This document shows positions 12,135-21,735 of a DNA stretch of 64,000 bases, one piece after another; the first letter of the stretch is position 1; the number at the start of each line of letters is the position of its first letter. The DNA lies in NCBI GenBank assembly GCA_963712425.1, contig CAVQHW010000004.1, positions 216,670 through 280,669 of the forward strand, written 5' to 3'. The notes beneath the pieces were generated by a model. The model did not search any database, had not been told where the DNA came from, and saw only the letters and a program-made list of their open reading frames with translations. The translations under genes and the position numbers were made by a program. The DNA comes from an uncultured Actinomycetota bacterium (GTDB taxonomy: Bacteria > Actinomycetota > Actinomycetes > JAHEKZ01).

Positions 12135-13128
12135 GTTGGTAGATGCATTCGGTCGTACCGCGACCGACCTGCGGGTATCGGTCACTGACCGGTGCAATCT
12201 GCGATGCACCTATTGCATGCCGCCAGAGGGTCTTGACTGGATTCCGGGCGATGACCTGTTGTCAGCCGAGGAGTTGATCCGGGTCGTTCGGCTGGCAGTG
12301 GCCGAGGGTGTGACCGAAGTGCGATTCACCGGCGGTGAACCACTGGTGCGGCCCGACCTCGAGACCATCATCGCTGGTGCTGCTTCGTTGTCACCTGCGC
12401 CGTCGATCTCGCTCACGACGAACGGCATTGGGCTCACGAAGCGGGCAGACGCCTTGCGAGCCGCAGGGCTCACGAGAATCAATGTCTCGCTCGACACCCT
12501 TGACCGTGAGCGTTTCACTACGCTGACCCGGCGAGACCGGCTAGCAGACGTGTTGGCTGGCATCGAGGCGGCCAAGGAGGCTGGCCTACATCCGGTCAAA
12601 ATCAACACCGTCCCGATGCGCGGCGTCAACGACGACGAGATCGTCTCGCTCGTGCGATGGGCCATCGACATTGGAGTCAACCTGCGATTCATCGAGCAGA
12701 TGCCGCTCGACGCGCAGCACGCCTGGTCGCGCCAAGAGATGGTCAAGGCAGACGAAATCCTGGCGAAACTCGCCACCGCATTCCGGCTCGAACCGATGTC
12801 CGAAAGCAGAGGCAGCGACCCAGCCGAACGCTGGACCGTGACAAGCCTCGATGACTCGGCGACCGGAGTGGTCGGCGTCATTGGCTCGGTGACTCGACCG
12901 TTCTGTGCGGCGTGTGATCGGGTGCGCCTGACCAGTGACGGACAGCTTCGCAACTGCCTGTTCTCGCAGACCGAGACCGACCTTCGTGGGCCGCTGCGCA
13001 ACGGTGCCTCTGACGACGAGGTCATCGAGTTCATGCGCGAATGCCTGGCGGCCAAGAAGGCTGGCCACGGCATCGACGAGCCGACGTTCTTGCCGCCGTT
13101 GCGCCCGATGTCGGCCATCGGGGGTTGA
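12133..13128 (+). CDS. moaA: GTP 3',8-cyclase MoaA (radical SAM)
   Basis: Radical SAM motif CNLRCTYC near the N-terminus and a C-terminal second cluster region (FCAACDRVRLTSDGQLRNCLF). GGAG sits 5 nt upstream of the ATG. Confidence 0.9.
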   Translation: MLVDAFGRTATDLRVSVTDRCNLRCTYCMPPEGLDWIPGDDLLSAEELIRVVRLAVAEGVTEVRFTGGEPLVRPDLETIIAGAASLSPAPSISLTTNGIGLTKRADALRAAGLTRINVSLDTLDRERFTTLTRRDRLADVLAGIEAAKEAGLHPVKINTVPMRGVNDDEIVSLVRWAIDIGVNLRFIEQMPLDAQHAWSRQEMVKADEILAKLATAFRLEPMSESRGSDPAERWTVTSLDDSATGVVGVIGSVTRPFCAACDRVRLTSDGQLRNCLFSQTETDLRGPLRNGASDDEVIEFMRECLAAKKAGHGIDEPTFLPPLRPMSAIGG

Positions 13129-13132
13129 CGTC

Positions 13133-13456
13133 GTGGCTGGCTGGCGGCGCACGAAGAGCTCGGACGCCTATCGGATCACGACGGCTCGCAAGAGCATCGC
13201 CGATGACCAGGCGACTCGCGTTCGGGGCTATGTGATCTCGATGTCGATCCGCATCGTGTGTTTCCTGCTTGCTGCGGTGACGTCAGGCTGGGTGCGTTGG
13301 ACCCTGGTCGCCGGGGCGCTAGTGATCCCGTACATCGCTGTGGTCTACGCCAACGGTGGTCGCGAGCCGACAGGAGATCCTCCTGACACCTTGCGGCCGG
13401 TGCCAGGGCGTGAGCTTCCTCGCGCCTCTTCGGATCAACCTCCAGCCGCTGCCTGA
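13133..13456 (+). CDS. DUF3099-like small membrane protein
   Basis: A GTG start 5 nt after the moaA stop. The protein is about 107 aa with two TM helices (IRIVCFLLAAVTSGW...LVAGALVIPYIAVVYA). Confidence 0.55.
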   Translation: MAGWRRTKSSDAYRITTARKSIADDQATRVRGYVISMSIRIVCFLLAAVTSGWVRWTLVAGALVIPYIAVVYANGGREPTGDPPDTLRPVPGRELPRASSDQPPAAA

Positions 13457-13518
13457 CCAAAGGCTGTGAGCAAGTGGCAGGATCGGGTCATCTCACCTCA
13501 CCAACCTGTGGAGTTGTC

Positions 13519-13731
13519 GTGGCCAACCGCACCTATCGATTGACGGAGATCGTCGGGACGTCAACCGAAAGCATGGAAGACGCCGTTCGAAACGGCATCA
13601 GTCGCGCCTCAGAGACTTTGCGTCACCTCGATTGGTTCGAGGTCACTGAGGTGCGCGGGCGGATCGACGGCAGCAACGTCGGTCATTGGCAGGTCGGGCT
13701 CAAGGTGGGGTTTCGCCTCGAGGACGCCTGA
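13519..13731 (+). CDS. Dodecin (flavin-binding) family protein
   Basis: About 70 aa with a full-length match to dodecins (NRTYRLTEIVGTS...LDWFEVTEVRG...HWQVGLKVGFRLE). A likely GTG start at 13519 with an upstream GGAG; the ORF track starts at 13474. Confidence 0.8.
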   Translation: MANRTYRLTEIVGTSTESMEDAVRNGISRASETLRHLDWFEVTEVRGRIDGSNVGHWQVGLKVGFRLEDA

Positions 13732-13776
13732 TCGACAGCCCGCGTGACAGCGGGGGCGACTACCGCAGCCACTGCC

Positions 13777-15144
13777 TCAGGATGCCTGGCTGACTGTCGA
13801 CATGTTGAAATCGCGGACTCGGAGCGTTGGCATCGAGACTCGCGTGAAGAAGTCGTTCCACTCGCGGGGCAGCGCGGTGTCAGTAGTTGAGGCACCAGTC
13901 ACCCGTGAGAGCAGGTCGACCGGGCTTTCGTTGAAGCGGAAGTTGTTGACGGCGCCGACCACCTCACCGCCCTCGACGAGGTAGACGCCGTCGCGAGTCA
14001 ATCCAGTGAGCAGCAGGGTCTGGGGATCGACCTCGCGGATGTACCAGAGCGTCGTCAAGAGCAGCCCGCGCTCAGTGCTAGCGATGAGCGAGTCGAGCGA
14101 CTCAGTAGCGCCAGCAACTTCGAGGGCCAGGTTGTCGATCATGGGTGTGACGTCGCCCTTGGTCAGCGCAGCGGAGTGCCGAGTTTGTCCGAGGGCCGTC
14201 AGGCGGCCGTTGTCGATCCAGTTCGTGCGCTTCAGCGGCAGACCGTTGTCGAAGACTGACTCCGTCGATCCGGACGCGTGGGCGATGACGAAGGGCGCGC
14301 ACTCGATGCCGGGGTAGTGGGGGTCACTGATCAGACTCAGCGGTGACTCGGTGAGCTGCTCGCCGATCCGCGTACGCCCACCCGGCGACGAGAAGACCGT
14401 ACGCCCGTCCGCCGCGTCACGAGCAGCAGCTGACCAGTACTGATAGATCAGCAGATCGGCGACGGCCGACGGGGGTAGCAGGACCTCGTATCGACCCGGC
14501 TCCAGGTCAAGGGTGCGATCGGCCCAGCCGAGCCTGGTGCTGACGTCATCGTGAAGCTCACCAACGTCGATGTCTGAGAAGTCACGTGTAGAGCGCCCCA
14601 CCCACGTTGAGCGGGTCCGTTCGTGCGACTTGCCTGTGACCTCGAGCCGACCCGTCGGTTGAACATGACGAAGCCTGGTACCGGCGGTGTTGCCCAAGTA
14701 AGTGGTGGTGACGTCGTGCTCGGCGAATCCAAAGAGCTCGTGTCCGGCCGAGCGAGCCTGACCGAACCAGTCACCCAGCGCCGGCGCGAAGTCGCTGAAC
14801 ACCTCAGGGGACGTCTCAGCCGCCGGTTCAGAGAAGTCGTTGCCGAGGCTTCCGCCGACGAGGTCTGCTGCATCGGGTGCGGCTTCAGCCGTTCGTGCAG
14901 CGGCCTGAGCGCGCTCGACAATGCCAAGAACATCGTGTTGGTCCGCGACGCTTGCGCTAGCGACACCCACGGATCGCCCGCTCATCGCGATGACGGTGAG
15001 GTCTCTGCTCCGCATCACGCCGTTGGTGGTCAGCGTGTTTGCGGCCCATCGCAGGTTGGTCTGCGAGTGCTCTTGGCAGATGACGGTCAAGGCGTCGACC
15101 GAGCAGTGGCTGAGCGCGAGCTCGACGATCTCGTCCGGCCTCAT
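13777..15144 (-). CDS. pmbA: PmbA/TldE-family protein (peptidase U62, partner of TldD)
   Basis: 455 aa in the TldD/PmbA fold family but lacking HExxxH. It overlaps the tldD stop by 4 nt. Confidence 0.8.
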   Translation of the reverse strand: MRPDEIVELALSHCSVDALTVICQEHSQTNLRWAANTLTTNGVMRSRDLTVIAMSGRSVGVASASVADQHDVLGIVERAQAAARTAEAAPDAADLVGGSLGNDFSEPAAETSPEVFSDFAPALGDWFGQARSAGHELFGFAEHDVTTTYLGNTAGTRLRHVQPTGRLEVTGKSHERTRSTWVGRSTRDFSDIDVGELHDDVSTRLGWADRTLDLEPGRYEVLLPPSAVADLLIYQYWSAAARDAADGRTVFSSPGGRTRIGEQLTESPLSLISDPHYPGIECAPFVIAHASGSTESVFDNGLPLKRTNWIDNGRLTALGQTRHSAALTKGDVTPMIDNLALEVAGATESLDSLIASTERGLLLTTLWYIREVDPQTLLLTGLTRDGVYLVEGGEVVGAVNNFRFNESPVDLLSRVTGASTTDTALPREWNDFFTRVSMPTLRVRDFNMSTVSQAS

Positions 15145-16673
15145 CGGGCGCCCTCCGCTGCAGTGTTGAGGATGTTGACGTTGGTGAAGGTGGCCGATGG
15201 TGCTCCGTGGCTCACAGGAGCGACTTGCCCCGGTTGGGCCTTGCCGCAGTTGAAGGCGCCTCCCAAGACGTAAGTCTGTGGCCCCCCAACCGACGACATC
15301 GAGCGCCAGAAGTCGGTGGTGGTGGCCTGATACGCGACGTCCTTCAGCTGGCCGCTGAGTCGTCCGGACTTGATGCGGAAGAAGCGCTGGCCCGTGAACT
15401 GAAAGTTGTAGCGCTGCATGTCGATCGACCAGCTCTTGTCGCCAACGATGTAGATGCCATCGTCGAGCGCTGCAATCTGCTCTTCGGTCGAGGGACCATC
15501 ACTCTTCGGTTGCAGACTGACGTTGGCCATGCGCTGGATCGGTACATGCCCAGGGGAGTCGGCGAAGGCGCACCCGTTGGAACGGTCGTAGCCGACTCTT
15601 GAGGCGATCCGTCGGTCGAGCTGGTAGCCGACCAGCGTTCCGTCGCGAATGATGTCGAACTCTTGCGCGGCGACGCCCTCGTCGTCCCAGCCGACGCTCG
15701 ATAGCCCGTGCTTCACGGTGCGGTCGCCTGTGACATGCATCAGGTCAGATCCGTACTGCAGCGATCCGAGCTTGTCTGGCGTCGCGAACGACATTCCCGC
15801 GTAGTTCGCCTCATATCCGAGGGCACGATCGAGCTCGGTGGCGTGGCCGATCGACTCGTGAATCGTGAGCCACAGGTTGCTGGGGTCGATCACCAGGTCG
15901 TACTGGCCTGGATCGACGCTGGGAGCCTGCAACTTCTCGTTGAGCCATCCTGGCAACGCGGCCAGCTCGGACGACCAGTCGTATCCCGGGCCTGTCAGGT
16001 ACTCCCAGCCCTGGCCAACCGGCGGAGCGATGGTTGACATCGTCTCGAAAGCCCCAGTGGCTGGGTCGATGGTGACCGCTTCGAACTCGGGGTGCAATCG
16101 AACCCGCTGCTGCGTGGTGACGGTGCCGTCGAGGTCGGCGTAGAACTTGTTCTCTTTCACTGCGTAGAGCGAGGTATCGACGTGGTCAATGCCCTTGGCG
16201 TCGAGCAACTGTCGACTCCAACCCTGCAGTAGCGCGACCTTCGCATCGTTCGGAACCGTCCAAGGATCGGTCGTGTAGTCGGAGATCCACGTACCTTGGT
16301 GGGTGGGTTCAGGTGAAAGGTCGACCGGCTCGGTGTTGACCGGTGCACTGATCTTGGCAAGATCCAACGCTCGACGTGCGGTACGAACGGCTGCCTCTGG
16401 CGTCCGCTCGACATCGGAGGCGAAGCCCCACGTGCCATTCACGACCACTCGCACAGAGAAGCCGATGTCTTCGGCGTCGTTCACGCCCTCGAGCTCGGCG
16501 TCGCGAAGCCGGATCATGGTCGTGAGGATGCGCTCCATGCGAAACGCCGCATAACTGGCCCCGCCCTCGCGGGCTGTCTGTAGGGCGGCGTCGGCCAACT
16601 GTTGCATCGGCAGCGCCAAGAACTGCTCGTCGATCGATCGATTGCTCACCAGGCCTCCTGACTCGAAATCCAC
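15141..16673 (-). CDS. tldD: TldD-family metalloprotease (peptidase U62)
   Basis: 510 aa containing HESIGHATELD (the HExxxH metal site) and the conserved C-terminal GGxxxxG region. Confidence 0.82.
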   Translation of the reverse strand: MDFESGGLVSNRSIDEQFLALPMQQLADAALQTAREGGASYAAFRMERILTTMIRLRDAELEGVNDAEDIGFSVRVVVNGTWGFASDVERTPEAAVRTARRALDLAKISAPVNTEPVDLSPEPTHQGTWISDYTTDPWTVPNDAKVALLQGWSRQLLDAKGIDHVDTSLYAVKENKFYADLDGTVTTQQRVRLHPEFEAVTIDPATGAFETMSTIAPPVGQGWEYLTGPGYDWSSELAALPGWLNEKLQAPSVDPGQYDLVIDPSNLWLTIHESIGHATELDRALGYEANYAGMSFATPDKLGSLQYGSDLMHVTGDRTVKHGLSSVGWDDEGVAAQEFDIIRDGTLVGYQLDRRIASRVGYDRSNGCAFADSPGHVPIQRMANVSLQPKSDGPSTEEQIAALDDGIYIVGDKSWSIDMQRYNFQFTGQRFFRIKSGRLSGQLKDVAYQATTTDFWRSMSSVGGPQTYVLGGAFNCGKAQPGQVAPVSHGAPSATFTNVNILNTAAEGAR

Positions 16674-16792
16674 AGCGCGCTGGTCCCACAGAGGCCGAGC
16701 GACCTCCCGAACTTACCTGGCCATCGAGAGATTTGCGCTAGGCCGGTAGCGTTTCGGCTCCGTGGCGTGATCGTTGGTGGAGGTGGGTCGCT

Positions 16793-17497
16793 GTGGCGCG
16801 GTCAGTACTGGTGACAGGTGGAAATCGTGGGATCGGCTTGAAAGTGGCTGAGGCCTTCCTTGCCTTGGGCGACCAGGTCGCGATCACCTACCGGTCGGGT
16901 GAGCCCCCAGCCGGGTTCTTCGCGGTCAAGGCCGACGTCACCGATCCAGACTCCCTCGACGCTGCCTTCGCCGCGGTCGAGGAGCATCAGGGTCCGGTCG
17001 AGGTCCTGGTAGCCAACGCAGGAATTACGCACGACACGTTGCTGCTGCGCATGTCCGATGACGATTTCGACTCAGTGGTGCAAACGAACCTGGTGGGTTC
17101 GTTCCGTGTGGCGAAGCGAGCGGCCAAAGGGATGCTTCGCCTGAAGCGCGGTCGCCTGATCTTCATGTCCTCGGTTGTTGCGTTGCTGGGATCGGCCGGG
17201 CAAACGAACTATGCGGCGGCAAAGGCAGGAATGGTCGGGTTCGCGCGATCGGCAGCGCGAGAACTGGGTTCGCGAGGGATCACGGCCAACGTGATCGCGC
17301 CAGGCTTCGTTGACACCGATATGACTGCTGCTCTGTCCGAGGAGCAGCGCGACCGCATCATGGCTCAGATCCCGCTGGGGCGTTACGCGAGCACCCAAGA
17401 GGTTGCCGATGTCGTGACCTTCATCGCCAGTGACGCCGCCGGCTACATCACGGGCGCGGTGATCCCCATCGATGGTGGGCTGGGCATGGGGCACTAA
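16793..17497 (+). CDS. fabG1: 3-oxoacyl-ACP reductase MabA/FabG1
   Basis: 234 aa. Near-collinear with M. tuberculosis MabA (RSVLVTGGNRGIGL..., VEEHQGPVEVLV, NYAAAKAG, PIDGGLGMGH). Confidence 0.9.
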   Translation: MARSVLVTGGNRGIGLKVAEAFLALGDQVAITYRSGEPPAGFFAVKADVTDPDSLDAAFAAVEEHQGPVEVLVANAGITHDTLLLRMSDDDFDSVVQTNLVGSFRVAKRAAKGMLRLKRGRLIFMSSVVALLGSAGQTNYAAAKAGMVGFARSAARELGSRGITANVIAPGFVDTDMTAALSEEQRDRIMAQIPLGRYASTQEVADVVTFIASDAAGYITGAVIPIDGGLGMGH

Positions 17498-17557
17498 CCC
17501 CGCACTGAGCGGGGCCCTACGATCGTGGCGACTCACACCTCGACCGCTGGAGTTGGC

Positions 17558-18322
17558 ATGGGACTGCTGGACGGAAAGCAAATCCTGGTCACGGGGGTGC
17601 TGACCGAGGCATCAATCGCCTTTCATGTGGCACGGCTGGCCCAAGAGCAGGGGGCGACTGTCGTCCTGAGCTCGCAAGCGAGGACCGTTCGGCTGGTCGA
17701 ACGGATCGCCAAGCGGCTGCCTGACGGGGCTCCGGTCATCGAGCTCGATGTCGTGTCTGATGACGATCTCGCCGCGTTGCCCGAGCGGGTCGGCGCGCAT
17801 GTTGACCGCTTAGATGGTGTCCTGCACTCGATCGGCTTCGCGCCCGAAAGCGCACTCGGGGGCAACTTCTTGAACACCGAGTGGCCAGACGTCGCGGTGG
17901 CCCTGCAGGTGTCAGCCTTCTCGTTGAAGTCGCTGACCGTGGCGTGTCGACCGTTGCTCAGCGCGCATGCGTCGGTGGTTGGCCTGACGTTTGACGCTTC
18001 GTTCGCGTGGCCCGCGTATGACTGGATGGGCGTCGCAAAAGCGGCGTTCGAGTCGACGTCTCGCTACCTCGCCCGTGACCTGGGCGCATCGGGCGTGCGC
18101 GTCAACTTGATTGCGGCCGGTCCCATCAAGACCATGGCCGCAAAGAGCATCCCCGGATTCGACCAGTTCGCGCAGTGGTCCGAACGGGCTCCGCTGGGGT
18201 GGAACGTCGAGGACCCGGTGCCAGCCGCCCAAGGGTGCATTGCTCTGCTGTCGGAATGGTTCCCTGCAACGACCGGAGAGATCGTTCACGTCGATGGCGG
18301 GGCGCACGCGATCGGCGGCTGA
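17558..18322 (+). CDS. inhA: NADH-dependent enoyl-ACP reductase InhA/FabI
   Basis: Collinear with M. tuberculosis InhA (GLLDGKQILVTGV..SIAFHVARLAQEQGA, HSIGF, GVRVNLIAAGPIKT). ATG 17558 has GGAG 8 nt upstream. An alternative upstream ATG lies at 17525. Confidence 0.9.
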   Translation: MGLLDGKQILVTGVLTEASIAFHVARLAQEQGATVVLSSQARTVRLVERIAKRLPDGAPVIELDVVSDDDLAALPERVGAHVDRLDGVLHSIGFAPESALGGNFLNTEWPDVAVALQVSAFSLKSLTVACRPLLSAHASVVGLTFDASFAWPAYDWMGVAKAAFESTSRYLARDLGASGVRVNLIAAGPIKTMAAKSIPGFDQFAQWSERAPLGWNVEDPVPAAQGCIALLSEWFPATTGEIVHVDGGAHAIGG

Positions 18323-18323
18323 C

Positions 18324-18800
18324 ATGCGGACTCTTGTACTGCTTCGTCACGGCAAGTCGTCGTACCCCGATGGGGTCGATGACCACGACCGACCTCTGAA
18401 CGGGCGTGGCGAGCGTGAGGCGCCAATCGCCGGGCGTCTGATCGCCGAGGCGCTGCCCACCGGTGCGGTCGTCGACGAGGCGCTCGTTTCGTCCGCGACA
18501 CGCGCTCAGCAGACGTGGGAGCTCGTGCGCGAGAGCGTGACGCCGCGAGCCACGCGAACGCTGCCAGAGCTCTACTTGGCGACTCGTTCGGAGTTGCTCG
18601 ACGTGGTGAACGCTTTGCCGGTCTCTGACGTAGTCATCATCGTCGGACACAACGAGGGGCTCGAAGAACTGGCGGCGTGGCTGACAGGTACGCCGGTCGT
18701 CCTGACAACGTCCACCTACGCCCGGATGTCGAGCGACCTTGACTGGGCGGATTGGACTGAGGGGTGCGCCGAGCTTGTAGAGGTGGCCGCGGGTCGATAA
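18324..18800 (+). CDS. SixA-like histidine phosphatase family protein
   Basis: Starts with the RHG catalytic motif (MRTLVLLRHGKS) and has a later GHNEG motif. The ATG lies 1 nt after the inhA TGA (TGACATG). Confidence 0.75.
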   Translation: MRTLVLLRHGKSSYPDGVDDHDRPLNGRGEREAPIAGRLIAEALPTGAVVDEALVSSATRAQQTWELVRESVTPRATRTLPELYLATRSELLDVVNALPVSDVVIIVGHNEGLEELAAWLTGTPVVLTTSTYARMSSDLDWADWTEGCAELVEVAAGR

Positions 18801-18803
18801 GGG

Positions 18804-20090
18804 CTAAGGCACGTCGTCTGCCGCAGCAATCTCTTGGCGGCTGATGCCGAGCAGGAACAAGATGCTGTCGAGGTACGGCACGTTGACCGCGGTATCGGCA
18901 GCCTGCTGCACGACGGGTTTGGCGTTGAACGCGACACCGAGGCCAGCGGCCTCAAGCATGTCGAGGTCGTTCGCCCCGTCACCGATGGCGACGGTCTGGG
19001 CGAGCGGAACCGAGGACGCCAAGGCGAACTCACGCAGCGCCTTCGCCTTGGCGGCGCGATCGACAATGGGCTCGACCACCTCGCCGGTGAGGCGGCCATC
19101 GGCCACCTCGAGTCGGTTGGCTATGGCGTAGTCAAGCCCGAGTTCACGCTTCAGGTGATTCGTCACAGCCTCGAAACCACCGCTCACGATGCCGCACTGG
19201 TAGCCGAGCCGGTGGAGGGTGCGGATGAGAGTTCTTGCCCCCGGGGTCAGGACGACATCACGAGCTACCTGCTCCAGTGCGCTCTCATTAAGCCCCGCCA
19301 GGAGTCTCACCCGCCTCCGAAGTGACTCCTCGAAATCGATCTCGCCCCGCATCGCGGCGGCGGTGATCTCGGCGACCTCCGGCTCGCACCCGGCGTGCGC
19401 TGCCAGCATCTCGATGACTTCGCCTTGGATCAGGGTGGAATCGACATCCATCACGACAAGGCGCTTCGCGCGCCGGTGCAGCCCGGCCGGTTGAACAGCC
19501 ACATCAATGCCAGCCGCGGCGGCCTCGATGGCCAGTCGACTTCTGAGGAGCTGGTGTTCGGCGCCCGACACATGCAGCTCGATGGCAGTGACCGGGTACG
19601 CGGCGAGCCGTTCAATGTTCTCGATGTTGCCGCCACACAGCGCGATGGTGCTCGCGGCGATCGCGAGCGCGCCTGGACGCAGGGGTGACCCGAGGATGGT
19701 GACGTGCGTCTCGGCGCCGCTGAGCACCCCTTCGGCCGCGGGTCGGCGCTCGTGCGTCAGTGACAACCCCATGCCCGTCACCACGCGCATGGCGGTCTGC
19801 TCGATCGCGCTCAACGTCCGCTCGAGGTCGTGCTCGCCGTCATGTGCCGAGGGGTCAGGGACCATGACCGAAGCGAGAATCAACTGACCGCTTGTGACGA
19901 CCTGCTCAACGTCGAGAACGATGACGGGCAACGTGGCCATAGTGCTGAAGAAGGTGCGGCTGACACCGGGACGGTCGGGCCCTGAGATTGTGAGAAGCAC
20001 GGCCGTGCCAGAGATCGTCACCTCGGTCGGTAGGGGTGCCTGGTCAGCCGCTGCGGGGGTCGAGACTGACGACGCGCTGACCTCACTCAT
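18804..20090 (-). CDS. serB: Phosphoserine phosphatase SerB with N-terminal ACT domains
   Basis: 428 aa with HAD motifs (VVMDVDSTLIQGE, GDGANDL). The N-terminal ACT-like duplication matches SerB2 architecture. Confidence 0.88.
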   Translation of the reverse strand: MSEVSASSVSTPAAADQAPLPTEVTISGTAVLLTISGPDRPGVSRTFFSTMATLPVIVLDVEQVVTSGQLILASVMVPDPSAHDGEHDLERTLSAIEQTAMRVVTGMGLSLTHERRPAAEGVLSGAETHVTILGSPLRPGALAIAASTIALCGGNIENIERLAAYPVTAIELHVSGAEHQLLRSRLAIEAAAAGIDVAVQPAGLHRRAKRLVVMDVDSTLIQGEVIEMLAAHAGCEPEVAEITAAAMRGEIDFEESLRRRVRLLAGLNESALEQVARDVVLTPGARTLIRTLHRLGYQCGIVSGGFEAVTNHLKRELGLDYAIANRLEVADGRLTGEVVEPIVDRAAKAKALREFALASSVPLAQTVAIGDGANDLDMLEAAGLGVAFNAKPVVQQAADTAVNVPYLDSILFLLGISRQEIAAADDVP

Positions 20091-20102
20091 GGCCCAGCCA
20101 CG

Positions 20103-20918
20103 CTACCGCCGTCGCTCCGAACCGTTGAGGGCGCCATTCCAAGCAGCTGCATGGGCCGATCTCGCAGCTACCGCCACCTGAGCGAACGTCGACGCTCGGG
20201 CCCCCATCTCGTGAGCGGTGCGACTGCCACCCGGATCGGTCATGACGAGGTCGAGCATCTCGAGCACCCGCAGGCTTCGGGCTGCCAGCCGGGTGGCGCG
20301 CTCGGTGGCCCCAGGCGGTAGCACCGGCATATCGCTCCACCCCTGTCTGATGTCGGCGGCGTCGTCACGCCATTGGGCAACGTCGAGACCGTCTAGGGCC
20401 TCGACGGCGTCGTGGAGCGCTTCGAGAAGGGCACGGTCAGCCTCGCTGACGGTGTCGAACGACACGAGACCGTGCCCATCGGCGTCCTGCTCGAGAAGTA
20501 GTAGGTGAGACCCGTGGTCATCTGGGCTGGAGTGCTCGAGTGAGGGCACCATCGCGCACGGGTGACCATCGACACTGACCAGGGCGGCTCCCTGCTCGAT
20601 GGCCGTGGAGCGCAGCGCGAGCGGTCCAGGAACCCCGGCAGCGTCAGCGGGCGCGGCGGGTACGTAGCGCCACCCGGTGATGCCCTGTTGCCGCCACCGG
20701 TGCATGGCGATGGCGAGGCCGTCGATCTCGTCCGCGCCTTCTTTTCTGACCCGCGGCGTGACGCGCAGCCCTTGCAGCACGTCCAGAGCTTGCTCGACAC
20801 CGACAACGCCGCGCATGGCCGCTGTTGTCCAGGCCGCGTTCGCCGCCGCTGCGGCTAGGAGCTTCGTGCGCACGTGTCCACCGTAGGGGCCAGGTTCGAA
20901 GCTTGCGGCGCTCGGCAC
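20103..20918 (-). CDS. Hypothetical protein, co-oriented with serB 13 nt upstream of it
   Basis: A 271-aa ORF with no recognisable motifs and high Ala/Asp content. Coding potential is inferred from its length and its tight spacing to serB. Confidence 0.4.
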   Translation of the reverse strand: MPSAASFEPGPYGGHVRTKLLAAAAANAAWTTAAMRGVVGVEQALDVLQGLRVTPRVRKEGADEIDGLAIAMHRWRQQGITGWRYVPAAPADAAGVPGPLALRSTAIEQGAALVSVDGHPCAMVPSLEHSSPDDHGSHLLLLEQDADGHGLVSFDTVSEADRALLEALHDAVEALDGLDVAQWRDDAADIRQGWSDMPVLPPGATERATRLAARSLRVLEMLDLVMTDPGGSRTAHEMGARASTFAQVAVAARSAHAAAWNGALNGSERRR

Positions 20919-20933
20919 CGTAGGTTGGGGTGC

Positions 20934-21726
20934 GTGCCCGTGCTCGAGTTGTCAGACGTCACCGTCGTCAGGGGTGGTGCTCGAATTCTTGACCGGGTGA
21001 GTTGGACGGTTGAGGACGACGAACGGTGGGTGATCCTTGGCCCCAACGGTGCTGGCAAGACCACGTTGCTGCAGATCGCCTCGTCACGCATGCATCCCAC
21101 GCAAGGGCGTGCGGAGATTCTTGAAGAGCGCCTCGGGGCGGTTGACGTCTTCGAGCTCAGGCCCCGTATTGGGTTGGTGAGCGCCGCATTCGCAGAGACG
21201 ATTCCCAGCGAGTGAGCGGGTGCTCGACCTAGTGATGTCAGCCGGCTACGGCGTCACCGGTCGCTGGCGGGAACGCTACGTGGCTATGGACGAACAACGG
21301 GCAGCTGGGCTGCTGGCTCGGCTGGGGGTGGCAGGGCTTTCGGATCGACTGTTCGGCACGCTGAGCGAAGGCGAGCGCAAGCGAGTGCAGATTGCGCGGG
21401 CACAGATGACCGACCCCGAACTGCTGATCCTTGACGAACCGGCTGCGGGCCTCGACCTGGGTTCGCGAGAGGACTTAGTCGGACGCCTGTCTCGCGTCGC
21501 TGAGGATCCGACCGGCCCAGTCGTGGTGCTCGTGACGCACCACGTCGAAGAGATTCCTCCTGGCTTCACTCATGCGCTGCTGATGCGTTCTGGACAGGTT
21601 GTCGCGGCCGGACCAGTCGCCGACGTCGTCACGACGCCATGGCTGACTGCGACGTTCGGCTTGCCACTGCTGGTGTCTGAGCATGAGGGCCGCTACTTCG
21701 CCCGTGCCCTGATGCCTCCGCGTTAG
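20934..21726 (+). pseudogene. ABC transporter ATP-binding protein interrupted by a +1 frameshift near 21205-21215 (Rv3041c-like)
   Basis: Walker A (GPNGAGKTT) and the Q-loop end at ...AETIPSE* (stop at 21213-21215). The signature LSEGERKRV, Walker B LILDEPAAGLD and the H-loop continue in the +1 frame from 21216 (SERVLDLVMSAGYG...). Confidence 0.75.
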
Positions 21727-21735
21727 CGCGCCGGC

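Noticed and set aside
12135-12209. A longer SURF1 start at 12209 (MHRRLHRS...)
   Set aside because: It would overlap divergent moaA by 77 nt, and the extension is basic and low-complexity.
18111-18323. An upstream extension of the SixA-like phosphatase ORF
   Set aside because: It overlaps the inhA 3' end in another frame. The conserved RHG motif begins right after ATG 18324.
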